Part shown: positions 39,867 through 51,998 of the stretch, piece after piece
How the letters are laid out: every line of letters begins with the position of its first letter
Numbering within the stretch: the stretch's first letter is position 1
NCBI RefSeq assembly: GCF_037042905.1
Contig: NC_087246.1
Span: forward strand, 55,800,001-55,864,000
Direction: 5' to 3'
Length of the DNA: 64,000 bases
Source of the DNA: Lytechinus pictus
Lineage: Eukaryota
Notes under the pieces: generated by a model
Seen by the model: the letters and a program-made list of their open reading frames with translations, nothing else
The model's database searches: none
What the model was told of the DNA's origin: nothing
Program-made: the position numbers and the translations under genes

Positions 39867-40474
39867 AGGACAAGTCCACTCCAACAAAGAGTTGATTTGA
39901 ATTTAAAAAAAAATCCAACAAGCATAACACTCAAAATTTCATTAAAATCGGATGTAAAATAAGAAAGTTACATGTATGACATTTCAAAAATTTGCTTAAT
40001 TTCACAAAACAGTTATTATGCACATCCTGGTAGGCATGCAAATAAGGAAACTGATGACATCATCCACTCACTATTTCTTTTGTATTTTGTTATATGAATT
40101 ATGAAATATTCTAATTTTCTCCTTAGTGTCAAGTGAAATACGATTAATTGCTCCCTGAACATGTGGAATAGGCATTGCTTAATACTATAAGGTTCAGTCA
40201 AGTTGGTCCTTATTGTCAAATCTGTAAAAAAATGAAATATTGTATAATTCAAAAAATAAAAAGAAATAGTGAGTGAAGGACATCATCGACTGTCTCGTTT
40301 ACATGCTATGTCACTGATTTGTGCATATAACTGTTTTGTGAAAAATAAGCGAAACTTTATAATGCCATAACTTTCTTTATTTACATCCGATTTTGATGAA
40401 ATTTTCAGCGTTATGCTAGTTTGATTTTTTTTCTATTTATTCAAATCAACATTCTTCTGGGGTAGACTTGACCT
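39867..40474. mobile_element. Kolobok-like palindromic MITE, TTAA TSD
   Basis: TTAA|AGGACAAGTCCAC...GTAGACTTGACCT|TTAA; long inverted arms. Confidence 0.85.
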
Positions 40475-43400
40475 TTAAAGAATGGACGCGTGATAGATTT
40501 CATCCAATTGTTTTTTTAGGACCCATATCTCCATAATTATACAGAACCCTATTCCATCGATTTATTGTGTTTTTAGTCATGGTCTGATAGAAATGTAAAG
40601 GTCGCCATCCGCAATTAATTTATATAAAAGTATATGAAGTACGTCATGCATGTCGTTAACAATAAGATAGACAATCAAAATTCAGTTTTTTTTTGCAAGG
40701 AAATACGCTGCAAACTATTATGCAATTTATATGATATATCCTGATCCTGCTTTGAGAAAAAAAAACTGAAACAAAATCATGGGTTGAGATCGGTGTATTA
40801 GCTCCTCGTGTACATTTTCTGTTTCTGCAACTGAATGGCAAGCTTACATGTACAGTATAACGTTTGGGACCAGAGCTGTGGCGACCTGTACATGTCTACC
40901 AGTGATGAGGCAACACCCGGCTGATGGACGGCGCGGCGCCACGAGTCCCTATATACATAGTTTAGAATGCGACTAATTCCATAGGGAGTTATACATCCAC
41001 GAGGACCGCGCTGTGTGCCATCGAGTTGAAGTGTGCTGGTATGCGCATGCGAACAAAATAAATAATTTTCAGACGTCATAAAATTTGTATCAGGATATTC
41101 TTTTATACAAAATGTTTAAACCTATTTGCGTGAAATAATATTTTGTTGAATTTTTAAAAATAATTTTATGAATATATACATTTTTGCTAAAGGCCTACTT
41201 TCTAGATGTTGTTCTCGATATGGCACAATATTATCTTCTTTCCTTTCCTCTCACTCTGTCTTTTTCCCCTGTCACTTCGCTTGCGCTCTCTTCAAAACTC
41301 TTATCTTCATTTTCATGTTTGTTTGGCACCCACCCCCATTCATCCCCCTTTCTTCGGTTTGTGAGGGGTACCCAGTGGCAATCTCCCAGCCCGCTACTGA
41401 CCGCGACTGACCACCTCACGTCTGTCCCATCAATTAAAACGCGGGAGTTCGGGATGATCGATCGACTTGTTTATGCGTTTCGTCACTACACCCTTATGCT
41501 GATGTATAAAAACACATAACAATTTCCTGACATTCGACGAGTAAGAAAAATGAGATCATTTTTAAATAATGCGTTACAAACACCTTCGCGAGTATACTCT
41601 TGTTTAAGAAGGGCATGGAGACTAGGAGAGAGAGAGAGAGAGAGAGGAGAGGGGAATTTGAAATATTTTCTCCAGGGACCAGAAAACAAAATGGATCTGT
41701 AGATCTATTACAGGAAATATTGTATTTGTAAACAAGGTCATTTACAACCTTATCGTATACGTCCGTAAGGTCGATAACACCTTTATTTACATATTTATTT
41801 CAAGGTTGTCTAGACTTTTTAAATAGAGTAGCCGCCATGATTGTGAAACCGGCATTCAATCTTTTTTTATCACTTTTATTCAAATGGTGCAATAAAGACA
41901 TACAATGGGGAATAAAAGTCTCCGACATGCCTGAACAGAAAAGATATGAAATTTTAAATGGTCAGTATAATTTTATATATTCAAATTAAATCTATGTTTA
42001 TGAAAAAGTGTCATGATATTGAAACCATATATTTTTTGTAATCGTTAATTTTAATTAATCATTAATATTTTTTTAATAACTCCATCTAATTAAATAATAC
42101 AAGTTTTAGTGCACCGTTTACAAATTTCACATGAGCGAAAGTAGATTTTACTTAAGGATATTCATAAGTATTACCATGATATTACTATTGCAACTAAGGC
42201 ATGCAGTGACATTTTGATTTTATCGATTTTTCCTTTTATTTCCGGTCAGTCGCCGAATCTTGAAGAGGGATTATTTTCTTGTTAAAAACGTCCGGTTCCT
42301 TTATTTCATCATCTGTACGCATTAGGTTTTATTCACAACTGAATATCATTATCTTCTAAAATGTTGAAGATTTGATGTACATGTAGAGTAGTTGTAAGTA
42401 TGTCATTTATGTCCTTTAAATGGTTTCGATCGGATCTCTATTTTGACACTCTAAACAAAGACGACCTGACATGGAACGAAAATAGTCAGGTTTAAGCGTC
42501 AGTGGAAACTTAAGAAGATGAAGATGGTCATAGTAGACATTCCACTGGGCTAGCTCCGTCACCAGAGAGTGACGAGTTTGGGAACAGTTCTCCTCGGCGA
42601 TGACAAGGTAGATCCCGTTGTTTTTACAGGGCTTGTAGCAGCAGACATAACGATACTCATGGATATGTATCAGGAGAGCAGAGGACAGCAGACTGAAATC
42701 TGTTAGCATTTCAAGCCCGCGCGCCAATAAGCCCCGTCGGGAGTGCACGGTGCGTTAACGCGATGAAAGACGCACGGCGACGGGAGAATTCGGGCCTGGC
42801 GTGTTCGCTAGGTCGGGGTCATGCCCGAGAGTTCATTGCCGACTTCGCCAGGCATAGGTTATCGCTACTCAGGCGCCAGTAACAAACTCTAAACCAATTT
42901 GTCGAGGGGGAGAACACATTCCCAAGTCTTTAGGGGCCGTGAAGAGGAAGAGAACAAACGTTACAAGATGTTGTTAACATCAATACCCCTTGTCATTTGC
43001 CCTCAATCTATACACCACGCTCGAGCTACCTTACCGCAAATCTTTCTTCTCCGTTCTATCTACTAGACGGTTAATTTACCTTGAACGTAAAAACATGTGA
43101 GTACGCGCCTGGCTGGAATAACGATAAGGATGTAAACTGAAAGAAAACGAAATGACGTTACGGAAAACTAGATACGATTTCCAAATCATTACACGTCACT
43201 TTTCATCAGATCGTCTATATAAGACGAAAGAAAGACGACATCTATAGTCATAAATAAGGGTTTCGAGAGAGAATCTTGGCGTGGCAAGGAGATAGCGAGC
43301 ATAATGATGCATGCGATAAGGATAGTATGGCGAAAGAGTCGTTCACATCTAAAAGATGTTTTCAAAGCTGCTCATCCAATTTTAACAAATAATTTAGTCG

Positions 43401-44544
43401 AAAAGGCAAGGCAAAATTGTGAAAGCGGGGTCAATCTGAGTATTACATAAGGGGTTAACATCTTGAGTAGATGGTATTTAAACTTACTATGGACCTGTCT
43501 GAAAGCATGTAATATTTATATCCGGTATTCATTTCTAATTAGGTGTTGTCGTAATGACTTTCAAAGTTCGCACTTTTAAGAAATATTAGCTTTCTCATTC
43601 AACGTTTTCTCAAGATTTTGTTTAAAACCTGCAGTGTCCAGTATCAACGTTCCTCAAAATTGATTACAACATAATAAACCTGATTCGGTATTATTTTTTT
43701 GATATCTTTAACGGATTTTGATTTAAAAAAATCAGCTATTCGCTTCAAGGTTTTCCATTGGAAATTGCGCAGAATAATTTTTTTTCTCGATTTCCAACAG
43801 TGACCTTCATATGAGAATACCCAATGAGAATCTACCCGATTCAATTTTGATGTCACACGCGAAGAAAATGGTTTGACTTGTAGGCCTATGAAAATGAAAA
43901 TAATAACCAGTGGCTTCGACTATTGGTATAACATGTATAATAATGAGTGTTTGAGACCAAGGAGCTTCAAGCCTCTTACTGCAATACCATTATCGATATG
44001 AGCAAGAGCTATTGGTAAAATATTCTTTTTGAATAGAGCGAGTCATAACCTTACGCACTCAATTCTTTATCTCCACGGCCTAAATAATGAAATAATCGTC
44101 TGTGTCAAATCATAGTTGTTATCATTTTATGCGAACAAGGTCGAAAATTGACATCAGTAATGTGAACCCACACGATGTAACCTTTCATACTAATTTTATC
44201 TCATCGACCTCTTATCACATTCACTTATATTCATCGTTTTTATTATCTTGTGTGAACAGGGTGCGTGTCACCGGGAGAATGAACCCACACGATGCCACAA
44301 GACGACACCTAACCTTTCATACTCAAATCTTATCTCCTAGACCCACGGTGTTAACGTCCTGGATGAGTGCACCCCTCTACCCATCGAGACGGGGTGGCTC
44401 ATTACCAGTCAACCAAACACATGTCTTGGTTTCTAATGCTCAGCCACACTGGCGAAAAAAAAGACTCCAGGCAGAAAAAAAGCTATTACGTTATTTGCAA
44501 TGTCACCCAATGGTCGATTAGGAATCGGGACTTTAGTTTGACTG

Positions 44545-44697
44545 GGTCCGTTTCGTAAAACTTGTTGTGATATCAAATTTGCAATAACAGTTAAAAGCTA
44601 TTAAATTACTTCAATCTGATTGGATGATAGTCAATCATTTACGGAAATCGTGCACTTGTTACTATAACCAGGGAACAAATCTTCATGAAACGGGACC
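44545..44697. mobile_element. Small Harbinger-like MITE
   Basis: CTG|GGTCCGTTTCGTAAAA...TTCATGAAACGGGACC|CAG with a TCTGATTGG core; a decayed relative lies at ~52900-53012. Confidence 0.6.
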
Positions 44698-44708
44698 CAG
44701 AACCTTAA

Positions 44709-45304
44709 GGGGATGGTCCGGGCTGATAATATTTATATCTAAATAAATAGAGTAAAATTCACAAAGCAAAATGCTGAAAATTTCATCAATATCGGATAAC
44801 AAATAATGAAGTTATTGAATTTTAAAATTTATCAATATTTTGTGAAAATAGTTATATGCACATCGTCATGAATATTCATTAAGTGGGCTGATGATGTCAC
44901 ATCCCCACTTTTCTTTTTCTTATGTTATTACATGAAAATTGTTTCATTTTTTCATACATGTGTAAATTGTGTGTCTCCATTATGATGATATAAGTTGCGG
45001 CAATAAAAAACTAATGCACTTAATCAGTTGTCAATCCAATTGTTTTTGTTCTTGGTAGAAAATTGTTGAATAAACCTAATTTCATATAATAAAATACAAA
45101 AGAACAAGTGGGAATATGACATCATCAGCCCAACTAATGGATATTCATGAAGACATGCCTAGAACTGTTTCACCGGAATAATGCAAATCTTTAAAATTCA
45201 ATAACTTCGTTATTTGTTATCCGATTTTGATCGAATTATCAGCATTTTTCTTTGTGAATTTTACTCTTATTGAGATATAAATATATCCAGCCTGGACCAT
45301 CCCT
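44709..45304. mobile_element. Kolobok-like palindromic MITE, TTAA TSD
   Basis: TTAA|GGGGATGGTCCGGGCTG...CAGCCTGGACCATCCCT|TTAA; ~200-bp inverted arms. Confidence 0.85.
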
Positions 45305-48300
45305 TTAACGAGAATAAAACGGAAGAGTATATGCATTCTGGGAATTTAAATAGGCGGTGAAGAATAATTGCGCCCCAACTCATTTTAGGACAGTTCTTTG
45401 ACAGAATCCCAGCAAAATCAGTTGAAGTTAACCATTCTTAAAAACTTTGTTAAGAAAACTTATCCATTTTTGTTCGTTATTTTGAGAATTTAAACACTCC
45501 TCGCTTCTAGAGTGTTTTCGATAATCTTGAAGACTTGGTAAGGAGACAGATCTCAAATGTTACCTATGGTCTAAAGTGAAACCATCTTAAATATTATTAG
45601 GGAAGTCCGGGGCAGTTTGGGCGTACTCTATAGGTTGTACCAAGGAAAAGAACATTTTGTGAAAGCCAGCAATACTGCGTGAGATAATGTGTTTGATGAT
45701 TACGAAGACTTTGTTCATGATAAGCTCAGTGGACAATAACTTCCACACAGTGATAAACAGTCATGGCAATGATATAAAAATTATAGACATATTACACAAT
45801 AAACACCTTAATATTTAGGGCGTAGAATAGACATTGTATGAACTGAAACTGCAATACTTTTTAAGATGACGGTTATTATGCTTCTATAAAATGAGTATTT
45901 TCCCTTTCCGGAAGAGCAAATGAAATATGGATATTAGGGAAATTCATTTCAATTGTTTTTTGGTTATTCACTCTGCCCGATTAAGTTCTATGACGACTGA
46001 ATTTATATTATCATGATAAAGTAGAGAAATAAAGAAACAGTGGTTTCCTTGATTCAAGTGGGATGAAAAGAGGGGATTTAATTAAAATTGAGAATTTACA
46101 CTGTATTAAATCCATTTCTCAGCGTAAATCCATGTTGACATTTCTTTTTTGTAAAGTTACTTTAAAAGCTTTTGTTATTGAAGGAACGGGGCGATTCCCT
46201 ATTCAAATACTGATCATTTTCTTGTCGTTGAATGGTATTTGATATCGCTGATAAATCACATTCAGAAAGAGATGAATAGAATGGTGGGTTTATTCACCCC
46301 CTTTGCGGGCCGATTACAATACATTACAACACAAAATACTTGTCAGACATAATTCGACACCAAGTTCAAAGCCGGGCAGTGGCTTTCGTCTATTTGTTCT
46401 GGGTTGTCAGCGAAGAAAAATGAGCGATTTGCTCTGAACACGCATAATGTCGCCGAAAAGACACTCAAACCAAGGCCATACATCATCTGACAATACAACC
46501 ACAGCAGAAAAAAAGTGAAAGAATTAAAAGAATGAGAAAACTTTTTTTTTCCACATTCCTTGACATGTGTCATGTTGGTAGAATAGTAATTACCCTTCAA
46601 TCCGTACTGAGATAAACTTGCCCCGCAACATCGCTTGGGTTTTGTTCGCTCTTGGATTTTTACACAAGTAAATTATTTTCTGCCCCGCAGCCCATTCATT
46701 CAGAGGGCCTAGAGCTAGGGATCGTTAAGTCGCGTTTCTACATCCATCATACTCACCTATTATACCACTTCTTTCTTTTCCCCAACTCCACACAAATCTT
46801 TACCATGATGAGAGTAGGCCCCTTTTCTTTCATTCTTTTATCGTCCTGTGAATTTCAAGTTTGCCCTCAATGACCGCTCATAACCCTAAGCTACCAAACC
46901 ACGATAACTCACCCCAGTCATGTCCCAGGCTTTGTAATAACCACTTAGATCTTTTCACCCTTTTCATCAACGAAATATGAAAAACCGCTGGAGAAGAATA
47001 GAATTTTTGAGCTTTCTATTTTGAGTATACCTCTTTTTTATTCTTTCTCTTTTTCTCGATGGAGGCTACAATAGCGAAAAATAGGTCAAGCCTTTTCGAG
47101 CGACATGTTCTTCAATTCAGCACCGATCCTCGTTTCTCAACGCGAGGTGCAATAACCGATTGGAGCAAAGAATTGGGTTGGTTGGGGAGTTCTGAAGAGA
47201 TAAGCAAAATGGTTGTTGTAAGATAGATTGAAAGGAAAAGAAAGATAGATCGGGAACGAGGTTAAAAATAGGACCGCAATCATACTATGATAGCGATTAT
47301 GAGTCTACGACGTCTATGACGACAACGATGACGAGGAACACAAATCGAAAACTTTTGAAAGAAACCCTTATAGACCTTCTGTTATGTTCCAACAAACAAT
47401 TACCAGTGAGGGTCATGTGGGTGATTTCATCTAGGTCAAGAAACTTGTTTCTAGAAATAATCACACGTAATTCACTGACTCCTCACATGCTTTTTGTTGC
47501 CTTGATCCTTTCACATAAAGATCATTTTTACTAAATGGCATGATCACATTAACAATCTAATGTAGGTGACCTCAATTACTTGAAAATATTTTGCAAAAAA
47601 AGCCAAATTTCTTATTTTTAAAATGCGTGAAATACTTTATGTAACTTCATGAAATTCATTCTGAAATGACATTTCAGTTATGGCGCTATAATAAAATAAT
47701 AGTAAGAACTTTTAAGTGGCAACTTCGTTACCATTTGAAACGATTGGACCACCGAGATCAAATCGTAATATCATAGACTTGAGGCAGACACCCAAACTGG
47801 TAGTAATGTTGTCAGATTGATCTAGTGTGGTCATCAGAAAGAGACTAAGTAAGCAAGAGAAGCCTAACTCTCTCTCTATTCTAGCAGTCAAGTTTGTTTG
47901 GGGTGAGGGAACCGCAATGGGGTCAGGCCAGGCCACTTAGGGTGGTATGTTGGGCTATTCAACTCATCAATGAGAGGCGACAACTCCTTTACCACGATAC
48001 AAGATCCTCTCATAACACTGCGCGGCAAGATCACAATAAGAGCAAGGGGGTGTTGGTCACCCCTCCGATACCAGCAGGGCGTTCCCCTCTTAAAGGACCC
48101 ATTACCCCTGGCAATCCCATATTTTTTCTTATCAAAAGTTGTAATGTTGATTGAATTATATTGTATTGGTGTTACGGTGCCTTTTCCTGAGGATTGTATG
48201 GCTGATTTGTGTATCATTATATAAGCATTTTTCTACAATGTTCTACAAAGTAAAAAGGGGCTCTTCTTGATGACAAAATAAAGCAAAAACACAAAAAGAG

Positions 48301-51300
48301 ATATGGATACAAAGTTCTGTTAAATTTAAAGTTATTTCAGTATATGTTTAAATCAGTTTCTTGGCTACCGGGCAGTAACCGAATTTAGAATTTGGACTCA
48401 CTGTATAATAAGCGTAACGAAAATATATCTTATCTGATTTTAACCCTTTGATATTTTATAGTTTTACACATACATTTCTGATTGTCGTTGTTTCACTCGA
48501 TTTTCTATAATGCCATTATTATTTCATTGCTATCATTTCAGTGTTTTTTTATTAGTGAATAAATTATACAATTAGTAATTTTATAATTAGTAACTCTTCC
48601 CTTTTGATAACTTAAATATTTCAGTTTGATTCATATTATCATTTAAGTAAAAATATTTGTTTATTTATGTTACCAAGCATTTATCTTTGACTCAGATTTT
48701 GACTTTATTTTCATGTATGATATGATGATTTATGTTGTTCTTTATGTTTTCATCAGGTCATTGATGAAAAACAGTTTTAAGCTGATCTTTTGTACCTGAA
48801 TAAATATGTTCTAATAAATAAATAAATCTTAAAGTTTTAACAGAAAATAGAGAATGTGTTTTTAACTCTGTTTGAACTCCAAAATTCATAATATGATTAC
48901 ACAAACCAGAAAGTGATAAAACGAAGCTTGACGTTGTGTAAGAATTTATCAGATTTGCATGACAATCTCTAGTAGGCACAGAGTTAATACAATAGTAATG
49001 ACAATGGTATAAACAATATACTAATGAATAAATAAAGGAAAATATGTAAAAGTATGTTATGTATTTAAAAAGTGAATAATGTTAATGAAGAAATTGATAA
49101 CAAACAAACAAATAAGGTAAAGGAAGAAAAAGGATATAGGCCTATATATAGAGTACGAAATTTACATAATGATCTCTCTGAAAGTTGAATGGATAGAGTT
49201 ACGTGCTAAATACAGTAATACCTTTTCGTAATTTTGTTTTTCGTGTAAACTAGACTGGAGGTCTGATGTAGTCCCTCCCAGGGCGGGCAGCTTACATCAG
49301 GTCCTTAAATCGAAATATTTTGCTCCAACAAGATCGAGACTCAGCCTGAAGAAGAAAGGTGTCAAATGGTCAATCTAAAGGGTCGTTCATTTGACCTCTC
49401 GGGGGTCGACAGTCTCAGACCATTGACCTTTCGAACGTGAACCTGTGAGATGGCAGGCAAGCTATTCGGCTGTATTGTGGTTAAATGATTTATTTTCCTC
49501 TTTTTAAGAAATCCCGTGAGGGATCTACTCTTGTATTGTGTATGGATTATATCGCCAGATTTTTAGAATGATATATGAGTTAAATATAAGATTATAGATA
49601 TTAGATTACATTATATCTTTGAAATTTTCTTTTTAATATTGCCTGTGTAAAGTCTTTCTTCAATTGTTCTTCTTAGCAAATCCATTTTTTAATAACTTTT
49701 CTTTTATAGAAGCATGAATATCTTTTCCTAAGATAATTTAAATCCTCATAATTTATTGTATCAGAATATAGGACATGATTTTACGACAAATAAACCGAAT
49801 ATTGCATGTATTTCTATTAAACTATTTGTGCTGATAAGTGTAATTATGTAACCAGGGGATATCATTTGATTTCGGCCTTTGTTATAGAAAATGTATTCAT
49901 GCATTATCCGTATGGGATAAATGTGACAATAAAATTGCAAAATTAGTACCGTTAAGCCTCAAAATAATTGAAATAAGAGTTTCAAGATAGGTGGGGAAAA
50001 CGTAATAAAGAACACATGGAATACTAAAATGCTGATTCTTTTCTGCTGAAAATTATCTTTTTTATTTGAATATTTTTTAAATAGCTGGAAATGCAATGAT
50101 TTTAAAATTGATTGCTTATCTGCTTAATCAATGAGAGATGAATACATGAATAAAAAAAAGGATTAAGTGAGGTATGGGACATCGGTAAGGGATACTAAAA
50201 GCAACCTTTGAAAATTTACTTTTAAGATCTATTTAACAGCATACTTAAGTAGTCCACTAATACCATCAAAGATAACGATGAATAGAAAATATATTTTCTC
50301 TTACTAACAAAAAAATCATATGACAGACTTGAACAGACTATCATTGTCAGTTTTATATGTTTATGAGAACTATCATAGTTTGATCTCTTACAGGTGCTAA
50401 TTGAGACATCAATCAAATGCTATTTTCTTTTCATTACGAAGGCTTCAATAGAGATTTTGGGACAAGAGAATCACAAAGATACAATTCTTAAAAAGCAGCG
50501 ATTAGTGAATCATACATTGAACTTGACAAACAAACCGGACCATTGTCTCCGAAAAGCGATGTAGAATGACTGATGAGTTGTATTTATGATTTTCAATAAC
50601 TAACCATCATTTATCTGATTTCAATGTTTCTCACCAAAAGAAAGGCAAAAGAAGTAGATATGTAAAGAATAAAAGAGAAAACAACCCGATAGAGTTTTCG
50701 ATATTGTTCCTCGTTCTCTCTTTGAATACTCTGTGGAAAACAACTACGTTTGAACTCGCATGACCCTTCACACGTATCTTAAGTAGCCCTTTTCTTATTT
50801 TGTCCTCTTTTTTTCTGTTTTAGAACGTCGACGGCTGTCGCCTGAGTTCCAATTTTCCCCAAAACCATTCTGCAAGAATTACTCCCTTTCCATCAGTGTG
50901 GGTGAATTTTTGTATGGAATCCCAGTGGCACTTTAACCAAACAAACTTAGGATTTCTTTTGAGGTTGTTTGATATGTAGTGTTGGTGTGGAAGGGTATCA
51001 CTTTCCACTCTGAATTGCCTCTAAATGAGAGAAACATTCACCAGTGTTTGAAAAGAGTTTTTGAAATCATTGTGTTCACACATGAAACATTTGACGTCAA
51101 AGAAGATTTCCATATACCCCAACAATAAGTTCTGTGAATTGCAGGAGCATGAACTTTTCACAGTACTGGTAACAAGTTCGACAGGAGCTCGAAGATACAA
51201 AAAGAACATTTGGAACTCTATATCGAAAATAAGATTCATGAATACATAAAAAATTGCAATATTTTTAAATTTCTATACAACTTATATCAAATTATTTTGC

Positions 51301-51859
51301 ATGAGCTTTTCAAATATCATTTTATGACGAGGCCGGGATTTCTTTAAATTCCTTCTTATCTTCCATCATTCTGTTGGTCTATAGGAAAAAATATCTTAAT
51401 CATATCTATTTATTTAACATCCAAACAGCAAGGCCCGCTAGGAGAATAGTTACTAAGAACTGAAATGGCTAACCTGTGTAAATAAGAATTATTTTCATTA
51501 TCATTACACCAATGTATACATGGATATTCGACATTATCGGCATAGGCGTATATACATCAAGGAAGCAATCTAAAGCAACAACATGAAGAAATGGTCCCGA
51601 ATGACACATACAATTTACATACATTACACAAAGTCCAGGCATATACTATTTGTACTTTCTCTCTTGAAATAGAAGACAAAAAATGTGCATACTTGATTTA
51701 TCAAGTATAAATGTTTATATGAATTGTATTGAATCCCTTGTTTTTAGATCTATTAGTATTTGTATGACGTGTAGTTTCAAATACTTTTTCGTTATTAAGA
51801 GTAAGTATTATTGGGGAAAGAGAATAACACACACCCCCACCCATACACCCCACCCACCA

Positions 51860-51998
51860 NNNNNNNNNNNNNNNNNNNNNNNNNNNNNNNNNNNNNNNNN
51901 NNNNNNNNNNNNNNNNNNNNNNNNNNNNNNNNNNNNNNNNNNNNNNNNNNNNNNNNNNNNNNNNNNNNNNNNNNNNNNNNNNNNNNNNNNNNNNNNNN
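51860..51998. other. Assembly gap (139 N) flanked by simple repeats
   Basis: Run of N. Confidence 0.99.
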
